The notes under the pieces were generated by a model. The model worked only from the letters and a program-made list of their open reading frames with translations, had not been told where the DNA came from and ran no database searches. This document shows positions 1 to 14,023 of a DNA stretch of 64,000 nt, piece after piece. Position 1 is the first letter of the stretch. Every line of letters starts with the position of its first letter. Made by a program: the position numbers and the translations under genes. Origin of the DNA: the human T2T-CHM13v2.0 reference genome, Homo sapiens; assembly GCF_009914755.1 (NCBI RefSeq), contig NC_060926.1, one strand, 5' to 3'.

Positions 1-1573
1 GCAAATCATTTTTGCGCTGAAGAAAGTTGACATAAATACAAGCTCTGCTGACCGCAGTGCATTCCCAGTGACTTGGAAATGATTCAGGGCTGCCAGCATT
101 CATTCCATGGTGTGGAAGCAGTGGGAAGAGCCAGGGGTGGGAGCGCTGAATGACCGGCCTTTGTGTTCCAATTAGATACAGTCAGCTTGAGTTGTTAGAG
201 AGAGATAGGAATGTCTGCAGCCAATTCTTTAAAAAAAAAAAAAAAAAAGATATATCAAAATTCATTTTGTGCCCCTGGCTCTCTGTTGCTAACCTCATTC
301 CCACTTCCGGAGCAGGTGCTCTTTCATCTTTCACACAGTTATTGGAGATGGCATTTCTGATTTAAGACTGTGCATTAGTAAATTAAGGCCATGACCAGTA
401 ACATGCACAAAAATAGCGCAACAAGTATAAGCCTTTAAAATAATGTTAAATAATGAAATTCTATTCCTTCATGCTTGTTATCACTGAAATCCATTTTTTG
501 TAGCTTTTAAAAAAATTACAAATCATTAAAAGCAAGGGCTTTTGAAATGCTTCACCCTACAACTATGCTTATAAGAAACACATGGGATATGTTACTAACT
601 GAGCAAGCCGGAAATTAAAAGAAAAATTGTTTAACTTGATAACTTTTTTTAAAAAATCATAAATAATGTTGAATTTTTTCAAGTGGCTTTTGGGCATCTT
701 TCTTGATTATTGTTCAACTTCTTTCCTTTGATCTGTTAACATAGTGAATGTTAATAGATATCTAAATATTAAGCTATCTTTTGACTTCTGGGATCAATAC
801 TATTTGTTAATGATAGGGTATTCTTTCAATATTCTATTTGATTTCATTTATTTCCCTTCTGATACTTTTGAGGATAATCTTCTTTTGTATATAGCAAGTT
901 GGGTAGGGACGGTGTTAGTTTCATAATCATTTGATAGATTAGAAAACTGAAACACAGAGATAGTAAATGACTTATTATCCAAGAACAAATGGCAAACAAG
1001 TATTTGATTTCTGGCCCAGGGATTTTTGGTCTGTTCTCCACCAGGAAATTAGTGTTTCATCAAGCAAATATGCCATCCACCAAGTATTTCAGATAACCTC
1101 ACAATATTTCACATAACCTAAGAGTAGTGTCTTCTAGTTTAGCTACATCATTAATGCCATTTAAAATCCTAATTCCTAATGCTCTCCTTTTTTTATTCTC
1201 CACAGTGACAGTTGTCATAACTATATCTAACGATTGTGGGACTTGGAGAAAAATGCAGAGTGGAAGCAGGAGGAGGTGAGAATAAGGAGGCCAGAAGGAT
1301 GGCTGAGTCATTAGCTGAGCTCTCCAACCTCCTCCTGTACTATTCTCCCCTTTACTCACTAACTCTAGCCACACTGGCCTTCCTTTTGTTCTCCGAACTT
1401 TCCAAGTCCATTCACGGCTTAGGGCCTTTGCCTTTGCTGTGCCTTCTGTTTAAAATGGTCTGCCCTAGACTTATGCATGGCTGGCTCTTTCCTTTAGTCA
1501 GGCCTCAGCTTACATACTACCTCCTCAGAGAGGCCTTCCCTGACCTTCCATCTAATTAGCAGATACCCACTAT

Positions 1574-1815
1574 ATAGGTTGCATATCCATAATTCGAAAG
1601 TCCCAAATCCAAAAAGTTCCAAAATCTGGAACTTTTTGAGTGCTGACATGATGCTCAAAGGAAATGCTCATTGGAGCATTTTGGATGTCTGATTTTTGGA
1701 TTAGGGATGCTCTGCATGGGTAAGTATAATGCGAATATCCCCAAATCTGAAAAAAAATATTGAATTCTGAAGTAATTCTGGTCTCAGGCATTTTAGATAC
1801 AGGATACCTATCCTG
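1574..1815. mobile_element. Tigger4a/MER46-like non-autonomous DNA transposon
   Basis: Terminal inverted-repeat-like ends (AGGTTGCATATCC ... GGATACCTATCCTG) and an internal GCTCAAAGGAAATGCTCATTGGAGCATTTTGGAT signature. Confidence 0.7.
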
Positions 1816-2030
1816 TATTAGCTTGCTAGGGCTGCCTAACAAAGTACCACAGACTGAGTGACTTAAACAACAGAAATTGATTATTTCACAGTTCTGGAGG
1901 CTGGAAGTCTGAGATCAAGGTGTCAGCAGGTTTGGTTCCTTCCAATGGCTATGAGGGAGACTCTGTCCCAGCGTCTCTCCCTACAGCTTGTTACATCATC
2001 TTTTCTTTATGAGTGTCTCTGGGTCCAAAT
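1814..2030 (-). mobile_element. MaLR LTR fragment (MLT1-type)
   Basis: TGTATTAG...GGGCTGCCTAACAAAGTACCACAGACTG...CACAGTTCTGGAGGCTGGAAGTCTGAGATCAAGGTG, a typical MLT1 end. Confidence 0.8.
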
Positions 2031-2515
2031 AAGAAGTTTACTGGGAGGTGATCCTGGCAGAGGAGGGGAGGGGTGAGGCAGAGGATAGAAAGAAGCCAAC
2101 AAAGGGTGTGCACTGTGGACAACTGGAGCTTAATCCTGCTGAGGCCCTCTGGGAGCCAGTGTGGAATACACCCCAGAGTCATCTCCCCCAACGGGCACCC
2201 GTGTTCACCAGTGTACCCAATTCCCATCAGCCATGGTTGGTCTGCTCTGGGGTGCTCATGGGTGGAGAGCTGCTCATGACTCTGGTGGCTAGAGAAAGGC
2301 CACAGACAAAGAGTTGGTGGGCTGCTGGAAATCCAGTCCACCAGTGCCCACTGAAAGATAAGGCCTGAAGGAGTAAAGACAGGGCAGTGACTGTGTCAGC
2401 TACTGATTGACACAGTGGCTGATGGGCTACAGTAGATTGATGGGTGTGTGGCTGGGGCAGAGAGGCAGTGAAGCTATGAGGAAAAATTTTCCCTACTTTC
2501 TCCCCTAGGAAGTAG

Positions 2516-2823
<308 letters not shown>

Positions 2824-3479
2824 AAGGAAAAGTTCTTGATGAACATCCTCTTGAAGACTATTTTGAATAGGTAATACTCCACATTGTATACAATTCGAGT
2901 ATAAAAGTACACAGTGAAAAGTGTAAGTCTCCTTTTCTCACCACCCACGTCTGTCTTCTGCTGCACTTTCTTGTATATCCTTTCAGAGACAGTACAATGG
3001 TGTTGAGTGTGCGTGTGTGTGTGTACATATTGTACAGGTAGGTATTACATATGTATACATATTACACGTACAGTTAATATATATGTGTATGTATGTGTGT
3101 ACACATACATATTTATGTTTTTACATAAATTGCCCCACACAAGCAGTAGCATATAATATATTGTGCTCCTTTTACAAATGTATCTTGGGGAACTTTTTAT
3201 ATTACTGCATGTAGCTTTGCCTCAGTTTTTAAAATGGCTGCATAGCACCCAATTTAATGGATGCACAACAATTTAACAGATCTTTTAAATTGTTTAAAAA
3301 TATTTTTCTTCTGAACTAAGTATTTTTGTACATGTGTTATTGAGAACATTACAGGAATCTGTAGGGTAAGTGCGTAGGAATAGAATTGCTGGGTTGAATG
3401 ACACATGCATCTGAAATATTGATAGATAGTGCAGAATTTCCTGGACCCAACATACATTCCTATGGGATTGACCATTAGG

Positions 3480-3700
3480 AGGCCAAAGAACGGAAGTGGA
3501 GGGGTAGGGAGTAGAAGAGGAGGGTGGGGCAGTGAGGCCTGGAATAGCAGACATCAAGATTCTGGTGGCACAGTTCCTGCTGAGGACAAGGTCCAGGGTG
3601 TGCCCGCACCAGGAAGTGGGTGGCATGGGGCACAGTGCAGGCGAAGGTCAGTGAAGCAGAGGAAGTTAAAGAGCTGTGAGTTGGTGGGTGACTCACCCCG
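3480..3700 (-). mobile_element. L2/CR1-type LINE endonuclease remnant
   Basis: Minus-strand translation PTSWCGHTLDLVL resembles the APE endonuclease PTH..GHTLDLV motif of L2/CR1 ORF2. Confidence 0.6.
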
Positions 3701-4139
3701 GTGATGTCAGCTAGTCTATGCTGGTGAGCTCTTCATCAGAACTGGAGAAATGTGGTTAGAGAAACCTTCAGCTTCTCTTTAAATCTAGCAGGGAAGAGCC
3801 AGATGCCTCCCAGTCCATTGTCTACCCTGAGGAGCAGAGAAAAAACTCTTCACACTTTCACTCTCTGAGGAGAAAGCATGTCAATCAAAATGGCTGCCTC
3901 AGGGGACCCACCATGATGTCTCCATTTTTTATGATGGCATCTGTGGCACCGGGACAGGCAGGGCTGTTTCTGCAGATCCTCCAGCTTCGAATGAATTATG
4001 CCTGTGGACAACTCATTTCACATCTCGGGTCCTCTAAGTGTTTCTGACATTGTCAGAACAACCCTGGTCTGGGGCACCTCTTTCTTGATAATAAAACCAA
4101 TAGCAACAATGACAGCAGTAGCGGTTAACATGCTGAATA

Positions 4140-4660
4140 ATCAGTTAGGGGTTGTGTTCAGCCGCAGGTAGCAGAAACCTGAAAAACACTGGTTTAAATC
4201 AGAGACGAGTTCTCATTTCCCTCAGGTACCATGAAGTTCAGGGATAAGCATCCCATGAAAGGTATAGCAGTTTCGCACTGCCTTTTGTGTCAGGAGCCTC
4301 TGTTTCTGCTCTGCCTCTCTAGTGTTGACTTCCGTCCTCCTAGACGGTGGCTGGAGTCCTAGCCATTGTGCCTGTTTCATGCTGGAAGAAGGAGGTAGGG
4401 GTCAAAGGCGAAAGGGAGCATGACGGATGAATTGACATCTCCCGCTCCTACCTTTTAATGAACTGTCCCAGAAACCCCACTCAAGCACTGGAAGCTTACA
4501 TCTCGCTGGACAGCTTATAGTCATGTGGCCACCCCTATCTGCAGGGAGCCTGGGAAACAGATTTTTAGCCGTGCTGATTGCTGTCGCCACCAAATCAAGG
4601 TTCTGTTAATAAAGTAAAAGAGGAGAACAGATATTGGCTAGGTAACTGGCAGGGTCTCCC
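4140..4660. mobile_element. Old MaLR LTR (MLT1-like)
   Basis: Degenerate similarity to old MLT1 ends (TCAGTTAGG...GGTTTAAA and GGTTCTGTTA...GATATTGG). Confidence 0.45.
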
Positions 4661-4689
4661 AGATGTCCCAGGCACTTCACATTTTTTAA

Positions 4690-5275
4690 AAGTTGTATTT
4701 TATTTTTTACTGTGGTAAAATATACATAACATAGAATTTACCATTGTAACCATTTTTAAATGTACAGTTCATTGGCATTACATATATTTACAATGTTGTG
4801 CAACCATCACCATTATCCACATCTCAAATAGTACACTGTACCTGTTAAACAGTAACTCCTTCCTCACTGTCCTGGCTCTCAGACACTGGGAACTTCTCTA
4901 CTTTCTGTCTCTATGAAGTTAGTACCTCATGAAAGTGAACTCATACAGTATTTGTCCTTTTGCATCTGGCTTATCTTGCTTAGCATAGTATTTCCAAGGT
5001 TCATCCAGGTTGAAGCATGTATCAGAGCTTCATTCCTTTTAATGGCTGGATTACATTCTATTTTATAGATATATCACATTTTGTCTATCTATTCACCTGT
5101 CGGTAGACATTCGGGTTATTTCCAGCTTTTGGCTCTTGTGGATACGCTGCCAGGAATGTTGGTGTACCAGTATCTGTTTGAGCCCATGCTTTCAAGTCTT
5201 TTGTGTATATACCTAGAAGTGGAATTACTAGATCTTGTGGTAATTCTGTGTTTAACCTTTTGAGGAGCTGCCAGT
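4690..5275 (-). mobile_element. L1M (L1MB-like) 3' region
   Basis: Characteristic reverse L1 3' UTR/ORF2 end (AAATATACATAACATAGAATTTACCATT..., ATACCTAGAAGTGGAATT). Confidence 0.85.
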
Positions 5276-5779
5276 TGCCCTTTACATTTTGTATTTTATG
5301 TTGTTTTTACAGACTTGTAGTTGTTGAAGCCAACGTTGGAACTGATCTAGAGGGGCTGCCTCCTCTGGATCCAGGTGACTCTCTAGCTGGTTGATGCTGC
5401 CCACTGTATCTATTCAGGGATTTCTGTTCAATATATGCTGAAGTGAGCTGGATGGAATTATCCCTATTTTAGAAATGAGAAACAAAAATAGGAGGCTAAG
5501 CCAGCGATATACCCCACTCTACCCTTGGTAACCAGAGCTCCACTAATCAAACTTCTGGCTCTGCCCTTAGGAAGGCTCACCAAGTGCTTGTGGGCAGTCT
5601 TATTGGGCCTGTAGTCGATTTCTTTGATCAGTCTGGACTTGTAAAGACCACACCATGAGGTTCCAGACAGTAGCTATTTCCATTCCCATGCTCACCCTCA
5701 AACCAACCTGTCACAAATTCAACAGGGAGAGAGAAGATGAACTTTGTTCATTTTGGGCCCCTGTGATAGTTCAAAGTGA

Positions 5780-6030
5780 GACTTATCATAGTGGTTAAGA
5801 ACATGGCAGACAGAGCCAGGTGGCTTGAGCTCAAATCCCAACTCTACTGTTTTCTGTGTGACCTTCATTGAAATTATTAAACTTCTCTGTGCTCAGCTTC
5901 CTCATCTGTAAATTGGGGATTAATAACAATGCTTTTGCTTAGTTCATATGGTTGTTGTGAGGATTACCTGAATTAACATGTAGAAGCAAGTACTTTAGGA
6001 AGGTACCTGCACCCTGGAAGTGCTCTGTAA
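5780..6030 (+). mobile_element. MIR SINE
   Basis: MIR core CTCAGCTTCCTCATCTGTAAATTGGGGATTAATAA. Confidence 0.8.
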
Positions 6031-6064
6031 TGGGGGGGTCAAGGTAGTAGTGTTGACATTTTGA

Positions 6065-6333
<269 letters not shown>

Positions 6334-6740
6334 TAGAAAAAAAGAAAAAAAAAGGAACCAATTTAGGAGGACACACATGAATACATGGGGAAGCACAGCT
6401 GGATGGGTTGAAAATTCATTGGACCATTTTGGCCCAATGTCACAGGCTAGAAAATGCTAGCCACTTGGCATCTAAATTTGTTTCACTTCTGAATTGAGTG
6501 CATGGCACCATTGTGAGGATTCATTAAAGCAAAGATCAGGCTTGATAAACTCTTATCACTAAACAAATATAATCAAGACTTAGAGCTATAAACTGAAGTA
6601 AACCCTGCAGCTCTGATAGTCACTGCCCAGACTGATTTGGTGTTTGTGGCCAGGTCTTGGCACTAAAACTGAGGGAGACTGTGGAAAACATGGAGGGAGT
6701 TCAGAGGCCAAGGACAGACATGAGGAAGAGTTGGAATTCT

Positions 6741-7041
<301 letters not shown>

Positions 7042-10000
7042 TAGTTGGGATTCTAATGTAGTGCATGTGTACCAGATGTCGCTCACTGAAGATGGGACTG
7101 GGATGATTGCACCAGGATGTGAGGAATTGGGCTAATTTTCATATAGCATGGAATTTAAAATGCCAGAAAGTGTTTTTGAAAATGGTGAAATCTGAGTCCT
7201 CCTCTATGATTATCCAACTGTAATAGGGAAGTGGAAGCTACACTACCAGTACGGCGGTTGTTGCAAAGATGGATGGACGCGAAGCTCCCGCCGTGAGCTG
7301 TTTAGACCTGATTCTGTGAGGTCTGGAACTAGGTATTTACTTAGCAGTCACCTTCTGCCATCTATGGGTTTATATGTTTCATTGCAGTTACAGGGGAGTA
7401 GGCTGTGATACCATCAGACACAAAGCTGATGTTTTTGTTAAACTAGTCACACCTCCTCCTTTTTGTCCACAAAAGCCATTTTTCATTTTTTCAGTATGTT
7501 TGTTTTCGTTTTTGGTAGATAAAACACTTTTTGTGATGATAAATAATTATTTCTTTGGAACAAGGGGGGAAATTTGTATTGAGACATGCATGAGGAAGGA
7601 CCTGGGTGCCTGGATTCCATTTGTTAAAGTGTTTTTAATAGCCAGGAAATTCTTCCCTCTGCATTAAAAGACGAAGCCATCATTTTGAAATATCCTGTGA
7701 GGCTTGCATTTTCCCTCAGGTTACAGGAAAAGGGGACCAGGAATTGCAGTGATTTCTGCTTTCTATTGTTCTAATGCTTTATTTTTAGCATCAACTAGGG
7801 TAGGGAAAGCCACTGATTGTGACAAAGGAAACCGGGAAGTGCTGTGAAGGGCAGGACAGATAGGTGGGCAGTAGACATAGGAAATCAGGGAGGACTTTTT
7901 AGAGGGGATGAGGTGGGCTCTGGGTTTGAAAAGAAATGAAAGTCACAGGAAGAGGGGATACGCTGCTGGAAAGGACCACCTAGGTGCTCCTTATGTTCTG
8001 TGTCTGCAGTTCAAGAGAGTTTCATGCAGAAAGAGGACACAGTTTCCCACAAGGCTGCCTCATAGCTAGCTTCTTTCCTTTGAATCTCCATGTCTATTTC
8101 ACCTGCCTGTTTCCATGCTAAGCTCCCTCTCCTTCTCTCTGGTTCAACCACACGAGTCTCTTTCGGTTTCTGGAAAGCACTGTGGTCTCCATCACTAGGG
8201 GCATTTGCATCTATTGCCTGCTCCGCTAGAAACTCTCTGTGCCCTGGGAACTCCTCTCCATTCCTTATATCTCAGCTTAAAACTCACTTCCTCAAAGAGG
8301 CGTTGCCCATTCCCTTGGATTGGCTCTACGTGCCATGCATCATATTCATACTTTTCAGGAGCTCAGATTCCGTGTCCAACATCAGCCTTCTTTCTATTGC
8401 AAGTACGGCACTGTGCCTGCATCCCCCTTATCCAGGAAGAGGCACCCATTGGAGGAGTCAAGAGGGGAAAACAGTAACAAAACTGTACCTATTCCATTAT
8501 TAAGTTTTCTGTGGAGGTTTATTTTAGAAGCTAGGCTAAAGGTGACCAAATGTGCCAACTCACCAACTCATGGTAGAGTTGAGGGATAGAATACTGTGGG
8601 TGTCATTTTCCCAGTACAGCAATGGACTTGGCCCCTGTTTTCTGATTCCTCCCTGGTCCTGTGGGGACAGGAGGGGCAGCACTCTGGGATGCAAGCTCTG
8701 TCTTTCCTCCTACCCCCAAGGGTGGAGTAGGATGGTGATTGTGCAGAGAATCATATGGCTGGAGCATGACAAGACCACTAAACTCAGGAAAAAGGGAAGG
8801 AGACTTTTCTCCTTCCATTACTTGGGATAAGCTATTTCCCACAGTGCAAGGACGAATTGGAAAGATTAATTATGGTCGCAGTACAACCCTTCAACTTCTT
8901 TTTTTTTTTTAATTTTGAAGAAGAGAAATAGAAAAAGTAATCCAAGAGGCTAATTGGGCTGCAGTATTTGGGGAGAATTAGAGAAGATGAGTCCTGGAGA
9001 GATGGGTAAGGATCAGGGCTGATACAGAATGCACAAAGCGGGGTCTGGAAGGAGTCCTGGGTTTCAGCTTCTGCGATGTGCTAAAGTGGGGTAGCACAGC
9101 TGTCAGGGGACACCTAGCTCAGCTGTTGGTGTCAAGATGGTCCTGGAAAACCACTCCAGAGTTTTCCAGAGAACTGTTGCCTCACATGGCCCTTGGCCAT
9201 GTGAGTGTCTTGTCAGCACGATTTGAGGTTCATGAGAGAATTGCTTTTGGTTGCCAGCAAGAAGCACCTGGTTCTGCAAAGCTAGGACAAAAATAGGAAC
9301 TGGCATAGAGGCAAGCCTGGTCATTTGACTCCTGATTGACCGAAGAGATTTGAGAATGACCCAGGGGAGGGGAGGAAGCTAGGTCTTTATGGCTGTACCA
9401 CGGTAATAGTAGGTTTCCTGGGGGATGAGGTCAAGGAATAAGAGGGGTCACTGACACCCCTGTAAGTTTGAGAAAACCTTCATAAGCTCAGGGGAGTTGC
9501 TCATGCTATACATACACAGTTGGCTAAAATCTTTGAATCCAGTTTGGCTAGCACCATGATCATCAGTTTGACAGGAGAAAATCCCAAGCATTTGTATTTA
9601 GGAATATATACTGAGTTTTTACTGATCATATATTTCATGGCTCCCTTGAGGAAAACCTTTCATGATAAGATAGCAGGTAATATTCTAAAGCCCTCCCTTA
9701 CTAGTAACTCAAGATTTGAACCCTTGATGTCTTCTCTTAGGAGCTCCCTTTGGGAGCCTGCGCAAGTCAGTGGAGAAGAGCGCTGACCTGGAAGGAGGGA
9801 GTCTGGGTTCCATTCTCAAACTTACCACTCAGTAGCTATATCCATGAGCAAGCCACTTCACCCATCTGGAACCCAAGTTCCTCACTATTAGATGAAGCAG
9901 CTAATGTTCCTCCCACCTCTAATGTTCTATAATTCTCTGATCCAGTAACTGGAAGCCGTGGTGCAGCTTGGTGCTGGAGAACAAATAGAGGCATTCCTCC

Positions 10001-10643
10001 TGTTATGAAGTGAGTTGTGTCCTCCCCATCCCTCAAATCAGTATGTTGAAACCCTAAGCCCCAGCGTGTCTCTATTTGGAGACAGGGCCTTCAGAGAGGT
10101 AATTAAGGTTAAATGAGGTTCTAAGTGTGGAACCCTAATCCAATAGGACTCATGTCCTTGTAAGAAGAGAAAGACTTTGGGAGGCCGAGATGGGCGGATA
10201 ACCTGAGGTCAGGAATTTGAGACCAGCCTTCAACATGGTGAAACCCTGTCTCTACTAAAAATACAAAAATTAGCCGGGTGTGGTGGTGGATGCCTGTAAT
10301 CCCAGCTACTCAGGAGGCTGAGGCAAGAGAATTGCTTGAACCCGGGAGGTGAGGTTGCAGTGAGCCAAATCGCGCCATTGCACTACAGCCTGGGTGACAA
10401 GAGTGAAACTTCGTCTCAAAAAAAATTTAAAGAAAGAAGACAGGTACACACAGGAAAGAGCATGGGAAGACACAGTGAGAAGGTGGCCATCTGCAAACCA
10501 AGGAGAAACCCCTCACTAGACAGCACCCCAGTGGCAAGTTCACCTTGGATTTCTAGTCTCCATAACTGTGAGAAGATACATTTCTGTTGTTTAAGCCAGT
10601 CAGCCTGTGACATTCTGTTAGGCAGCCTGAGGAAACTAACATA
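10001..10643 (+). mobile_element. MLT1B-like LTR interrupted by an Alu
   Basis: TGTTATG start, GAGGTAATTAAGGTTAAATGAGG signature and AACTAACATA end. Confidence 0.8.
10174..10428 (+). mobile_element. Alu (slightly 5'-truncated)
   Basis: Starts at ACTTTGGGAGGCCGAG and ends in an A tail. Confidence 0.93.
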
Positions 10644-10810
10644 CCTCCTCATCCCTCAAACACTGGACTATGACTTATTGGTCTGTGGCCTTTGGGGGTG
10701 TTTGCATTTAACTTTCTCCATTGGCAAAGGCATAGCAAAGTAAATTGGCTCCTGGAAAAGCAGGCACTCTACTGCTTTGGAATTTATGGAGTGGAGTCAT
10801 GGATGTTTCT

Positions 10811-11310
10811 GAGGTGTTTTCTCTAACTCTAACCAATTTTCTAACATGAGCTTGGTGTCCAACAGTTCAATTCAATTCCGAGACTGTCTACCTGATGTTA
10901 CTATCAGCTCCCAAAGTTAAAGGGCTCGGTCCCACAAGACTGCTGCCATCTCAGATACCAGTTGCAAATCCCAGGTCATGCGTACTTCTGACTGACTGGC
11001 TATAAATTGGGGGTTCCCATGACCTTCCTCCTCAAGTTTGGTAATTTGCTGGAATGGCTTACAAAACTCAGGAAAACATTTTATTTATGTTTAGTTGATT
11101 GTTATAAAAGATACAATTCAGGAACAGCCAAATGGAAGAGATGCATAGGGCAAGGGGTAGGGTATATGTGGAGTGGAGTGTTCATGCCCTCCCACGGTGC
11201 TCCATCCTCATGGCACCTCGATGTGGTCACCCGCCCAGAAAGCTCTCCAAACCCCGTGGCTCAATAGTTTTTATAACCCAATCTCTAGCCCCCCCACCCT
11301 TTCTCCAGAT
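10811..11310. mobile_element. MER21-like LTR
   Basis: AAGGGCTCGGTCCCACAAGACTG...CTGGCTATAAATTGGGGGTTCCCATGACC signature. Confidence 0.7.
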
Positions 11311-12389
11311 CATGTCCAATCTTGAGGTGGTCCTCTTGTACCAGTGTGGAGGAGCCTGTGGGGTTACTTTCTGAGCAAAAACTGGGCTTGGAAACCTTAA
11401 AAATACATCGTTATTGACTAAATAAGTTTTCGGAGAGTTCTGCCAGAATATCTTGGTTGCGGGGCCCTGTGTAGACGTGGGCAGCTGTGGGGCAAGTGGA
11501 TGGAGGCGACTGCTTTCCAGAAGGGAAGGTCTACACTGTCACCCCAAAACCCCAGATCACAGGATTTTGTACAGCATTGAGCTTCTGTGTCTCTTCCTTG
11601 GGAGTTGCCTATCTGGGACTTGGCAGTGCTTGGACAGGAAGTGGTCTCATGCTAATAACTGGTACAAGGACCCGTGGAGGAGGAGCAAGCAAGCTGGACA
11701 CCAAACATAGGGGGTGCCTGCGGGGAGTCTGAGGGACCTGCAGGCCCAGAGTAACAGCAAACATGAGGATCAGAGGACTTGAACTGGACTCTGAGCTTCC
11801 TGTGAGGCCGCAGCAGAGCTCGTCCGGGATTTCTTGGTGGAACAAGATATTAACATTACACAATGGGGTGGAGAAGGCGGGGTCAAAGACAGATGTCAGT
11901 GCCTGCAAACACACTGTGCCTGGCCCTGCTGAGAGGGTCACGTGTGTGCCAGGCTGGTTCCAGGCTCCGCCATCCACACTCCCAGGGTCTGTGGTGAAAT
12001 CGAATTTATTCTCATTCTCATCATTAGAAGTATGTCTAATTTAGAAAGAAGCCACATTGAACTCTGACTCCTGTTGTCCCCTCAAAGCTGTGTGTTAAGC
12101 AAATCGGCATAAAGGATTTTCTTCTCTTTTACCTGGCACTGGGACATCTACATCAGAGTTCATAATGTCACTCCAAAGGCACTTGCTGAGAAATCTTGAA
12201 GGTGAAGAATTTTTCTGAATTTTCCAAGAAACAGATTTTTTAAAGAATAGGCACATCTTATCTTCTGTTTTTGAAAGTTTGTAATCTATAGGCCAGATAC
12301 AAATTTTCTGTATCTAGAATACTTGATTTTTTTAGATTGGGAATTTACAAGAATGCATGGGTATATTTTATCTATGTAAATAAACTCTA

Positions 12390-12840
<451 letters not shown>

Positions 12841-13042
12841 TTATAAATGTAGAGATACTGAGGCCTGCATCTAATTCATATCTGAATCCTTAAAAAAAAT
12901 CCTGCTTGCTACTCTGTAGGTGATACATTCTTGCTAAAATTCTGTTGAATTAATTTCTCAAAAGTAAATAGTCGGAGCCACTTATTTGAATACCTCTAGA
13001 GTTGTGTTAGCAGAAATAGGAACTGTATTCAAAACAGACTGA

Positions 13043-13473
<431 letters not shown>

Positions 13474-13622
13474 GATCTCTTTTCTTTTACACTACACTCA
13501 GCATGTAGCTGTGTGTACCCATTGGCATTGGCTAATTGCCCACTGTGCTCCAGCTGGCTTGTCTGGGGGCTGGGATGTTAAAAGCTCCTTATATGTGCTC
13601 ATCTCTCTTGTGGTGGGTCTGA

Positions 13623-14023
<401 letters not shown>

